Shown here piece after piece: positions 19,525-27,495 of a stretch of DNA of 64,000 nucleotides; position 1 is the first letter of the stretch, and every line of letters starts with the position of its first letter. The notes under the pieces were generated by a model. The model had not been told where the DNA came from and searched no databases. It saw only the letters and a program-made list of their open reading frames with translations. The position numbers and the translations under genes are program-made. Source of the DNA: Methylophilaceae bacterium (GTDB lineage: Bacteria > Pseudomonadota > Gammaproteobacteria > Burkholderiales > Methylophilaceae); the NCBI GenBank assembly GCA_046155285.1, contig JBJXEA010000011.1, positions 13,695 to 77,694 of the forward strand, read 5' to 3'.

Positions 19525-19841
19525 TGGCTGACTTAATGAAAATTCGCGCCATACTGAAAGGCGACACCACCGAGGTCAAAGTTCTCATGCTGCACCCCAT
19601 GGAAACTGGTCGCCGTAAAAACGACTTCGACGAAATCATCCCCGCCCATTTCATCCAACAAGTCAGCGCCACGCTTAATGGCAAAATCGTACTGGAAGCG
19701 CAGTGGGGAACAGGTGTTTCCAAGAATCCGTACCTGACGTTCTATCTAAGCAACGCCAAGGTAGGCGACAAAATAGCAGTGAAATGGATGGACAATAAGG
19801 GTGAAACCAATAATATCGAAGCGACTATCATCACTCCTTAA
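19524..19841 (+). CDS. soxZ: Sulfur carrier partner SoxZ
   Basis: 105 aa; MKIRA…VKVLMLHPMETG… is a typical SoxZ start. TAATG overlap with soxY. Confidence 0.8.
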   Translation: MADLMKIRAILKGDTTEVKVLMLHPMETGRRKNDFDEIIPAHFIQQVSATLNGKIVLEAQWGTGVSKNPYLTFYLSNAKVGDKIAVKWMDNKGETNNIEATIITP

Positions 19842-19880
19842 AATTCAGGAAGGACGTAAGTGCAGCTTTTACCTTCATCC

Positions 19881-20768
19881 TTACATCGTTGATAGCGGTA
19901 TCAAATTATTTCTTCCGGCCTGCAGCATCAGTGCCATTGTTGCGTGGTCGTCGTCAAACAGCGGGTCTTCTTCGCCCTCATGGGCAACACTCAAACCCTT
20001 AAAATCAAACAGTTCAGCATCTGCAAGATGTGAAGGCGCTACATTGGTCATAGCCCGAAAAATATTTTCGGTGCGGCCTGGATATTCGCGCTCCCATGTT
20101 TGCAACATGGCTTTGATATTTTGCCGTTGCATATTCGGCTGTGAGCCGCACAGATTGCAGGGGATGATGGGATATTGCATGGCGCGGGCGAAGCTGGCGA
20201 TGTCTTTTTCGGCACAATATGCCAGCGGGCGGATGACGATGTGTGCGCCATCGTTGGTGGCGAGTTTGGGCGGCATGGCTTTGAGTTTTGCGCCGAAAAA
20301 CATGTTGAGAAATAGCGTTTCTACCATATCGTCCCGATGGTGTCCGAGCGCTATTTTGTTCGCTCCCAGCTCTTTCGCTACGCGGTAAATATTGCCACGC
20401 CGGAGTCTTGAGCACAGCGAGCAGGTGGTTTTGCCTTCTGGTGTTTTTTCTTTCACTATCGAGTAAGTGTCGGCTTCCTCGATGCGATACTTAACGCCTA
20501 GCGCGTCCAAATATTCCGGCAAAACATGCCCAGGAAACCCTGGCTGTTTTTGGTCGAGATTCATGGCGATGAGTTTGAAATTGATGGGCGCACGCGCTTG
20601 CAGTTCTGTCAAAATCGTCAGCAGCGTGTAGGAGTCTTTGCCGCCGCTCAAGCACACCAGCAGCGTGTCACCGTTTTCTATCATGTTAAAATCTGCAATC
20701 GCCTTGCCAGTGGCGCTAATGAGGCGATTGCGGAGTTTTAAGGCGTTGCCGGATAAATGCGTATTCAT
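19881..20768 (-). CDS. ttcA: tRNA 2-thiocytidine(32) synthetase TtcA
   Basis: PP-loop SGGKDS; [10 protein letters not shown] and CNLCGSQ cysteine motifs. Confidence 0.9.
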   Translation of the reverse strand: MNTHLSGNALKLRNRLISATGKAIADFNMIENGDTLLVCLSGGKDSYTLLTILTELQARAPINFKLIAMNLDQKQPGFPGHVLPEYLDALGVKYRIEEADTYSIVKEKTPEGKTTCSLCSRLRRGNIYRVAKELGANKIALGHHRDDMVETLFLNMFFGAKLKAMPPKLATNDGAHIVIRPLAYCAEKDIASFARAMQYPIIPCNLCGSQPNMQRQNIKAMLQTWEREYPGRTENIFRAMTNVAPSHLADAELFDFKGLSVAHEGEEDPLFDDDHATMALMLQAGRNNLIPLSTM

Positions 20769-21517
20769 AAACTTAATGAACGCCCACCATCTACCGCAAT
20801 CACTTGTCCAGTGGTGAATGGCGCGTCTAGGATTAAAAATTTTACTGCGCGTGCCACATCTTCTGGCTCGCCCAGGCGTTTGAGCAGGGTTTGCGAGATG
20901 ACTGTTTGGCGGTAATCTTCGTCAAACTCGAGCTCGTTTTCTGGCCACAGCACTGGCCCAGGCGCCACGGCATTGACCCGCACTTGTGGCGCTAAATCCT
21001 TAGCCAAAGAGCGCGTCAGCGTCACTAACCCAGCTTTGGCTACGCTATAAACCACATAGTCTTTTTTCGGTTGCTCCACATGCATGTCGGTGATGTTGAC
21101 GATGCAACCGTGCCGCGCTTTCAAATGTGGCGCTGCGGCTTGAGATAAAAATAAGGGTGCGCGTAAATTAGAACCCGTCAAATCTTCCCACCCCGCTAAA
21201 TCTATCTCGCCCACGGGGGTTGGGTAATAGCTGGAGGCATTGTTGATTAGCACGTCCAAACCGCCAAAGGCGTGAACAGTGGCTTCTACCAAGTTGGGTA
21301 AGGCGGCGACATCCAGCAAATCGGCCTGTACCAAACTCACAGAGCCAGCCCGCGCCGCGTTTAGCTCAGCCTGCAAGGATTTTGCCTCATGTTCAGAGCT
21401 GCGGTAGTGAATCATCAAGTTGGCACCGCTGGTATGCAGCAAACGGCAAATCGCCGCGCCCACGCGCTTGGCGCCGCCGGTAATCAGGATGGTTTTTGGG
21501 ATATCGCTGGAAGTCAT
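20765..21517 (-). CDS. Short-chain dehydrogenase, pteridine reductase-like
   Basis: ITGGAKRVG cofactor motif; YSVAK catalytic dyad context. Confidence 0.7.
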   Translation of the reverse strand: MTSSDIPKTILITGGAKRVGAAICRLLHTSGANLMIHYRSSEHEAKSLQAELNAARAGSVSLVQADLLDVAALPNLVEATVHAFGGLDVLINNASSYYPTPVGEIDLAGWEDLTGSNLRAPLFLSQAAAPHLKARHGCIVNITDMHVEQPKKDYVVYSVAKAGLVTLTRSLAKDLAPQVRVNAVAPGPVLWPENELEFDEDYRQTVISQTLLKRLGEPEDVARAVKFLILDAPFTTGQVIAVDGGRSLSL

Positions 21518-21536
21518 GTTTTAAGTCTCGTGAAGC

Positions 21537-21542
21537 TATAAT
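21537..21542 (+). promoter_or_regulatory. Consensus -10 box (AGCTATAAT context) 7 nt upstream of the ATG at 21550
   Basis: Perfect TATAAT; only 32 nt separate the divergent genes; no SD. Confidence 0.4.
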
Positions 21543-21549
21543 GTAGCAT

Positions 21550-22686
21550 ATGTCACCTCTGCCGCCCCCTAGTTCCCTCGCGCTTGCTCACAGCCAACAA
21601 CTTACCGCTTTCATTAACGATGAAATTAGAGCGACTGGCGCTTGGTTGAGCTTTGCTCGTTTTATGGAGTTAGCGCTTTACGCGCCGGGTTTGGGCTATT
21701 ACAGCGCGGGTTTGGAGAAGTTCGGCGAAGGCGGTGATTTTGTAACTGCACCGGAAATCTCGCCGCTGTTTGGGCGCACTTTAGCGCGGCAGATAGCCGA
21801 AATTCTAGCTGAGACTGGTGGTGATATTCTGGAGTTAGGCGCGGGCAGCGGAAAGCTGGCAGCCACGCTGCTGCTAGAGTTGGAGCAAGTTGGCTGCTTA
21901 CCTGAGCACTATTTTATTTTGGAAGTCAGTGCAGGTTTGCAACAGCGACAAAAAGCGCAGCACTTACCTTCGCATTTGGCGCAAAAGCTGGTGTGGTTGG
22001 ATGCCTTGCCAGCCAGCTTTAATGGTGTGATCTTGGGCAACGAGGTGTTGGACGCGCTGCCTGTGCACTTGGTGTTTCAGGGCGAAGGGCAGCTGTTTGA
22101 ACGCGGCGTGACGGTGGAAAATGGACAGTTGGTTTGGCAGGATAAACCTTTAATTGCCGGTGCTTTATTCGAAGCTGCGCGAGCGCTGAATCTGCCACCC
22201 CAATACTTAACCGAAATCAATCTCGCCGCCTCTGGCCTAGTTTCCAGCCTTGCGGATTGTTTACAGCACGGCTTGATGCTGTGGCTGGATTATGGCTTTC
22301 CAAGGTCTGAGTATTCCCACCCGCAGCGCGATGCTGGCACTTTGATGTGCCATTATCGCCACCACGCCCATGCCGATCCCTTGATAAACTTAGGCTTGCA
22401 GGACATCACCGCGCACGTGGATTTCAGCGCAGTGGCTAAATCAAGCGACTTGGAATTGCTGGGCTACACCACGCAAGCACAATTTCTCATCAATTGCGGC
22501 ATCACTGATTTATTGGCCGAAACTTCGCCGGAAGATGTCGCGGCTTACATGCCACAAGTGGCTGCGGTGCAAAAACTGCTTTCCCCTGCCGAGATGGGCG
22601 AATTATTCAAAGTCATCGCACTTGGGAAAAATATCAACATGCCTCTGATGGGCTTTGCACAAGGCGATAAGCGCTATACGCTTTAA
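21550..22686 (+). CDS. Class I SAM-dependent methyltransferase (DUF185 / NDUFAF7-like)
   Basis: FMELALYAPGLGYY…FVTAPEISPLFG…LELGAGSGKLA motifs. An in-frame TAG 2 codons upstream fixes the start. Confidence 0.8.
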   Translation: MSPLPPPSSLALAHSQQLTAFINDEIRATGAWLSFARFMELALYAPGLGYYSAGLEKFGEGGDFVTAPEISPLFGRTLARQIAEILAETGGDILELGAGSGKLAATLLLELEQVGCLPEHYFILEVSAGLQQRQKAQHLPSHLAQKLVWLDALPASFNGVILGNEVLDALPVHLVFQGEGQLFERGVTVENGQLVWQDKPLIAGALFEAARALNLPPQYLTEINLAASGLVSSLADCLQHGLMLWLDYGFPRSEYSHPQRDAGTLMCHYRHHAHADPLINLGLQDITAHVDFSAVAKSSDLELLGYTTQAQFLINCGITDLLAETSPEDVAAYMPQVAAVQKLLSPAEMGELFKVIALGKNINMPLMGFAQGDKRYTL

Positions 22687-22706
22687 TTACCTACCACCCC
22701 CGCCGC

Positions 22707-22800
22707 GAGCAGCGACCCCTCCTCATCGAGGAGGGGAGGCAAAATCCCCGCCTTTTCAAGGCGGGGTGGCGCAATAGCGCCGGGGCGGTTTAGGCTGCTC
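22707..22800 (+). other. Structured intergenic module: three GC-rich hairpins enclosed by a 7-bp helix
   Basis: Hairpins at 22716-22736 (9-bp stem), 22746-22766 (7-bp stem, 7-nt loop) and 22768-22781 (5-bp stem). Closing pair GAGCAGC 22707-13 / GCTGCTC 22794-800. Confidence 0.5.
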
Positions 22801-22803
22801 AGC

Positions 22804-22809
22804 TATAAT
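22804..22809 (+). promoter_or_regulatory. Consensus -10 box (AGCTATAAT context) 6 nt upstream of the trmB ATG
   Basis: Perfect TATAAT; no SD; no in-frame start codon upstream back to the stop at 22684. Confidence 0.4.
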
Positions 22810-22815
22810 CTCACT

Positions 22816-23502
22816 ATGACAACCGAAGACAAAAAAAACCGCAGCATCCGCAGCTTTGTGCTGCGTCAAGGGCGAATTTCTGATGCTCAGCAACGCGCTT
22901 ACGATGAGTTGCTACCGCGCTATAGCATTGAATACCAGCCCGAAATTTTGGATTTGGCTCAAACCTTTGGCAGACAAGCCCCCAAAATCCTAGAAATCGG
23001 CTTCGGCATGGGCAGCGCTACTGCCCAAATCGCCGCCGCCATGCCGCATCAGGATTATCTCGGCGTGGAAGTACATACCCCCGGAGTCGGCGCGTTAATG
23101 CGCTTGCTGGATGCGGAGCAGTTGAACAACGTGCGCATTATTCAGCACGATGCAGTGGAGGTATTAGCCAACATGATTGCCGAGAATAGTTTGGATGGCG
23201 CACATATCTTCTTCCCCGACCCTTGGCCGAAGACGCGTCACCACAAACGCCGCTTGATACAAGCGCCGCTGGTCAAATTATTGGTTTCGCGTCTGAAAGT
23301 CGGCGGCTATGTTCATCTGGCAACGGATTGGCAGGAGTATGCGGAGTGGATGCTGGAGGTGCTGAATGCTGAGGTGACGCTAAAAAATACTGCGGAAAGC
23401 TACGCGATGAAGCCGGATTATCGGCCAGAGACCAAGTTTGAACGGCGCGGGCTAAACTTGGGGCATGGGGTGTGGGATATTGTGTTCCGCAGAGTTTTGT
23501 AG
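22816..23502 (+). CDS. trmB: tRNA (guanine46-N7)-methyltransferase
   Basis: [12 protein letters not shown]…LEIGFGMG…FFPDPWPK motifs. Confidence 0.9.
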   Translation: MTTEDKKNRSIRSFVLRQGRISDAQQRAYDELLPRYSIEYQPEILDLAQTFGRQAPKILEIGFGMGSATAQIAAAMPHQDYLGVEVHTPGVGALMRLLDAEQLNNVRIIQHDAVEVLANMIAENSLDGAHIFFPDPWPKTRHHKRRLIQAPLVKLLVSRLKVGGYVHLATDWQEYAEWMLEVLNAEVTLKNTAESYAMKPDYRPETKFERRGLNLGHGVWDIVFRRVL

Positions 23503-23504
23503 CG

Positions 23505-24341
23505 CTATATCCCTAATCTTTGCCAAATAGTGGAAACCGCACCCGCCTGATTCAAGGCATAAAAATGCAAACCAGGTGCGCCACCTGCTAATAATTTATC
23601 GCATAGTTCCGTCACTACATCTAGCCCCAAAGCGCGTACCGAGGCGATGTCATCGCCATAATCCGCCAACCTTAAACTTAGCCAGCGCGGGATTTCCGCG
23701 CCGCACATGGTGGAAAATCTTGCCAATTGCGCGTAGTTGTAGATGGGCATGATGCCGGGATACACCGGAATCGCAATCCCCATCGCGTCGCACTCTTCCA
23801 TGAAGCGGAAATAGGCATCTGCGTTGTAGAAATACTGGGTGATGGCGGCGTTGGCACCAGCATCCACCTTGCGTTTGAAGTTGGCGAGATCGGCTTTGGC
23901 TGATGCGGCTTCGGGGTGAATTTCGGGGTAGGCGGCGACTTCGATTTCGAACCAATCGCCGGTTTCTTTGCGGATAAATTCTACCAACTCGCAAGCATAG
24001 CGAAAGTCGCTAGCGCTGACCTCACCAGAAGGTAAATCGCCACGCAAAGCCACAATGTGGCGAAAACCATGCGCTTTGTATTGCGCGAGCACATCTTTGA
24101 TTTCATCACGAGTAGATGCGATGCAAGACAAGTGTGGCGCGGCTTCCAAGCCATCTGCTTGAATATCCAACACGGTTTCTAAAGTACGGTCACGCGTCGA
24201 GCCACCCGCGCCAAAAGTCACCGAAAAGAACTTCGGCTTCAATTGGGCGAGTTGCTGACGCGCCGTGCGCAGCTTGGCCATGCCTTCCGCCGTTTTAGGC
24301 GGAAAGAACTCGAAGCTGTAAATGCGCTTTTCGCGGGTCAA
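23505..24341 (-). CDS. metF: 5,10-methylenetetrahydrofolate reductase
   Basis: SFEFFPPKT…FSVTFGAGGSTR… typical of MetF; 3 nt downstream of ahcY. Confidence 0.9.
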   Translation of the reverse strand: MTREKRIYSFEFFPPKTAEGMAKLRTARQQLAQLKPKFFSVTFGAGGSTRDRTLETVLDIQADGLEAAPHLSCIASTRDEIKDVLAQYKAHGFRHIVALRGDLPSGEVSASDFRYACELVEFIRKETGDWFEIEVAAYPEIHPEAASAKADLANFKRKVDAGANAAITQYFYNADAYFRFMEECDAMGIAIPVYPGIMPIYNYAQLARFSTMCGAEIPRWLSLRLADYGDDIASVRALGLDVVTELCDKLLAGGAPGLHFYALNQAGAVSTIWQRLGI

Positions 24342-24344
24342 GAC

Positions 24345-25766
24345 TTAGTACCGGTACTGGTCGGCTTTGTAAGGGCCTTGCTTGGAAACCCCGATGTAGG
24401 CGGCTTGCTGGTCACTTAACTCGGACAATTGCGCGTTGAGTTTTTTCAGTTGCAAACGCGCAACTTTTTCGTCCAAGTGCTTAGGCAAGGTATAAACGCC
24501 AACTGGATAGTCACTGTTGCGACCAAATAGCTCAATCTGCGCGATGGTCTGATTGGCGAAGCTGGAGCTCATTACATAAGATGGATGGCCGGTGCCGCAG
24601 CCCAAATTCACTAAGCGGCCTTTGGCTAGCAGGATAATGCGCTTGCCGTCAGGGAAAATGACGTGGTCCACTTGCGGTTTGATTTCATCCCACTCGTAAC
24701 CTTCGATGCTGGCAACGTCAATTTCGTTATCAAAATGGCCGATGTTGCACACGATAGCTTGGTCTTTCATTTTTGCCATGTGGTCGTGGGTGATGACGTG
24801 GTAGTTGCCGGTAGCGGTGACAAAAATGTCGGCTTTGTCTGCGGCATATTCCATAGTTACCACGCGGTAGCCTTCCATCGCGGCTTGAAGTGCACAGATA
24901 GGGTCAATTTCGGTCACCCATACCTGAGCAGAAAGTGCACGCAATGCTTGAGCAGAGCCCTTGCCCACATCGCCATAACCAGCAACCACAGCAACCTTAC
25001 CCGCTACCATCACGTCGGTAGCGCGTTTGATGCCGTCCACCAAGGATTCGCGGCAGCCGTAAAGGTTGTCGAACTTGCTCTTGGTAACCGAATCGTTGAC
25101 GTTGATGCCGGGGAATTTCAGCTCGCCGCGTTCGTGCATTTGGTACAAACGATGCACGCCAGTGGTGGTTTCTTCGGTCACGCCTTTGATTTGCGCGAGA
25201 CGCGTGGAATACCAAGTCGGATCAGCTGCCACTTTGGCTTTAATCGCGGCGAATAACACTTGTTCTTCTTCGCTGCCGGGCTTATCCAGCACCGTAATAT
25301 CTTTTTCTGCTCTGGCACCCAAGTGTAGCAACAATGTCGCATCGCCGCCGTCGTCCAGAATCATGTTGGAATAATGCCCATTCGACCATTCAAAAATGCG
25401 GTGGGTGTAGTCCCAATAATCGGTCAGTGATTCGCCTTTGACCGCGAACACAGGCACGCCAGTGGCGGCAATGGCAGCTGCAGCATGGTCTTGGGTGGAG
25501 AATATATTGCACGAAGCCCAGCGCACTTCAGCGCCCAATGCAGTCAGCGTTTCAATCAGCACCGCAGTCTGGATTGTCATGTGCAACGAGCCGGTGATGC
25601 GTGCGCCTTTCAGCGGTTTGGTCAACGCAAACTCTTCGCGGATGGCCATGAGTCCCGGCATTTCGGTCTCGGCAATAGCCATTTCTTTACGTCCCCAAGC
25701 GGCGAGAGACAAATCGGCAATAACGTAATCTTTGAAAGCAGTTTTTGAATCAGTCACAGTGTTCAT
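24345..25766 (-). CDS. ahcY: Adenosylhomocysteinase
   Basis: Highly conserved SAHH sequence ([16 protein letters not shown]…, [11 protein letters not shown] motif). ATG 25766 follows AAGGA; the longer ORF-track start would run into the riboswitch platform. Confidence 0.95.
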   Translation of the reverse strand: MNTVTDSKTAFKDYVIADLSLAAWGRKEMAIAETEMPGLMAIREEFALTKPLKGARITGSLHMTIQTAVLIETLTALGAEVRWASCNIFSTQDHAAAAIAATGVPVFAVKGESLTDYWDYTHRIFEWSNGHYSNMILDDGGDATLLLHLGARAEKDITVLDKPGSEEEQVLFAAIKAKVAADPTWYSTRLAQIKGVTEETTTGVHRLYQMHERGELKFPGINVNDSVTKSKFDNLYGCRESLVDGIKRATDVMVAGKVAVVAGYGDVGKGSAQALRALSAQVWVTEIDPICALQAAMEGYRVVTMEYAADKADIFVTATGNYHVITHDHMAKMKDQAIVCNIGHFDNEIDVASIEGYEWDEIKPQVDHVIFPDGKRIILLAKGRLVNLGCGTGHPSYVMSSSFANQTIAQIELFGRNSDYPVGVYTLPKHLDEKVARLQLKKLNAQLSELSDQQAAYIGVSKQGPYKADQYRY

Positions 25767-25848
25767 TTCATTTTCCTTTGAACAAATGTGAAGGAGGGGA
25801 GGTGGCTTGGCGCTCACCTAATTTCCGCACCTTGCACAGGTTAAATTA

Positions 25849-25920
25849 GGTGAACGCAGTTGAAAACTTATTGACTTCCGAGCCTGGGTTGCCGAATGGC
25901 AATCTCGCAGCGTTCCTCGG
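25849..25920 (-). promoter_or_regulatory. SAH riboswitch (S-adenosylhomocysteine-responsive) in the ahcY-metF leader
   Basis: Minus strand reads CCGAGGAACGCUGCGA-hairpin-CCAGGCUCGGAAG…CAACUGCGUUCACC. This matches the SAH element pattern GAGGAGCGCUGC…AGGCUCGG…AACGGCGCUCAC, with compensatory AACGC/GCGUU changes in the pseudoknot. Confidence 0.8.
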
Positions 25921-25930
25921 TAGGCCGTGA

Positions 25931-25936
25931 ATTATA
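25931..25936 (-). promoter_or_regulatory. Candidate -10 box of the ahcY promoter
   Basis: TATAAT on the minus strand about 10 nt upstream of the first riboswitch base. A 4/6 -35 (TAGCCA) sits 17 nt further upstream. Confidence 0.45.
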
Positions 25937-25956
25937 AAGGGAAACTTCCAAATTGG

Positions 25957-26124
25957 CTAGCAGCCTGTCGTACTTAAAGAATCGAAGCGAAAATTCGGCT
26001 GAACGAAGACAGATTTTGCCGGTTTTGCAGGCCAGTAGTTGTTCTATTGACCAAAAAAGCGGTGAAATATGAACCGTTCAGACCGATTTGCAGCCAATTT
26101 TCTTTAAGTCCGACAGGCTGCTAG
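25957..26124. repeat. 168-bp palindromic MITE-like element
   Basis: 25-nt terminal inverted repeats CTAGCAGCCTGTCGTACTTAAAGAA / TTCTTTAAGTCCGACAGGCTGCTAG with 1 mismatch. Imperfect complementarity extends to about 50 nt per arm. No ORF. Confidence 0.5.
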
Positions 26125-26305
26125 GAGTGATAGGGTGTGGCGTAACTGCGCTAGGATACTCAGCCACCAAAGCACCTCAAAGCGTCATCAAAGGCTTAGC
26201 TAGAGGTGACTCCGCTGGCAAACACTTTGGCCACATTTCAACCGATTTGGTATAAAAATACCCCTTGAATATAACCTTATATAACCATAATATGTGCTTC
26301 TGCCG

Positions 26306-26566
26306 ATGGCTATTTATAGCGCCCTCAAGGAAGAGATTTCTGGGCTGGAAACAAGCAGTGATGGCGATGAGTAGCACCCCCTTTTCGTGCTTGAAATTTA
26401 TGTATAAAACCCAATCGCTGTGGCTCGTATAAAGGCAAACCTGACCTAAAAAGAACTGGCGCAACGTATGGATGTGACGCAAGCTTTTATCAGCAAAATT
26501 GAAGGTCAGGGAAAAGTAACCGCAAAACTACTGGAGTGGGTTAAATTCGCTCTAGCAAAGGCCTAA
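26306..26566 (+). pseudogene. Decayed XRE-family HTH (antitoxin-like) gene with two in-frame TAA codons
   Basis: A single frame reads MAIYSALKEE…FIV*NPIAVARIKANLT*KELAQRMDVTQAFISKIEGQGKV…, where the LT(Q)KELAQRM..TQ..ISKIE helix-turn-helix is interrupted. Stops at 26405-07 and 26447-49. Confidence 0.45.
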
Positions 26567-26577
26567 TCATTCCCCCT

Positions 26578-27495
26578 ATGAAAATCATCTTCGCCGGTAC
26601 GCCGGACTTTGCCGTACCCGCTCTCGCTGCGCTGATTAAGGCGAAGCATGAAATCGTGTTGGTTTTGACCCAGCCAGATCGGCCTGCGGGGCGGGGTATG
26701 AAGCTGAAAGCCAGTCCAGTGAAAGAGTTGGCTTTGTCGCACCATCTGTCCGTATTCCAGCCGGAAACGCTTAAAACAGCAGAAGTGCAAACACGCATCG
26801 CTGCCGTTCATGCCGATGTGATGGTGGTTGCGGCTTACGGGCTGATTATTCCGCAGATTGTCTTGGATATGCCGAAGCGAGGTTGTTACAACATCCATGC
26901 CTCGCTGCTTCCGCGCTGGCGCGGCGCGGCACCAATACAGCGGGCTCTTTTGGCCGGGGACAGCGAAACCGGCGTGACCATCATGCAAGTGGTGCTGGCG
27001 CTGGACGCGGGGGCGATGTTGAAGAAGGGCGTGATTCCCATTGCTGCTCAAGACACCGCGCAAACTTTGCATGATGCATTGGCGGAGCAAGGTGGCAGGC
27101 TGATGGTGGAAGCGTTGGCGGAGCTTGATGATTTGAATCCAGAACCTCAAGACGAGGCGCTGGTGACCTACGCTGAGAAGTTGCAAAAATCTGAAGCGCC
27201 GATTGATTGGACGTGTTCTGCCACAGCGCTGTCAAAACAGATTCGAGCCTTCAATCCTTTTCCCGTGGCAACGGCGATGATGCAGGGCGAGGTGTGGAAA
27301 ATCTATTTTGCTGGAGTTGGGGGGTGGCATGGTAATCCGGGCGAGATTGTAGGTTTAGAAAGCGGTATCGTGGTGGCTTGCGGTGAAGGTGCGCTGTGCA
27401 TCACTGAACTGCAAAAACCCGGCGGAAAGCGGCTGGGATGGAAAGAATTTTTGGCGGGAACGCCCTTAAAAATAGGTGATAAATTTAGTGCATAA
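26578..27495 (+). CDS. fmt: Methionyl-tRNA formyltransferase
   Basis: MKIIFAGTPDFAVPAL…HASLLPRWRGAAPIQRA motifs. Confidence 0.95.
   Translation: MKIIFAGTPDFAVPALAALIKAKHEIVLVLTQPDRPAGRGMKLKASPVKELALSHHLSVFQPETLKTAEVQTRIAAVHADVMVVAAYGLIIPQIVLDMPKRGCYNIHASLLPRWRGAAPIQRALLAGDSETGVTIMQVVLALDAGAMLKKGVIPIAAQDTAQTLHDALAEQGGRLMVEALAELDDLNPEPQDEALVTYAEKLQKSEAPIDWTCSATALSKQIRAFNPFPVATAMMQGEVWKIYFAGVGGWHGNPGEIVGLESGIVVACGEGALCITELQKPGGKRLGWKEFLAGTPLKIGDKFSA

Noticed and set aside
19801-20388. 195-aa plus-strand ORF overlapping soxZ and ttcA
   Set aside because: It is antisense to ttcA, whose PP-loop and Cys motifs are clear. It starts inside soxZ and has no SD.
22707-22800. Possible tRNA or tRNA-like gene: cloverleaf outline, with a 7-nt loop UUUUCAA having U33/A37-like positions
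   Set aside because: The arm geometry is wrong for a tRNA: a 9-bp arm with a 3-nt loop, a 7-bp 'anticodon' stem, and a 4-nt 'T' loop without a TTC/GTTCRA box. I kept it only as an unexplained structured element.
26177-26482. 101-aa minus-strand ORF in the ahcY-fmt gap
   Set aside because: It has no SD and an odd composition. It lies opposite the better-supported decayed HTH reading frame, so it is probably non-coding.
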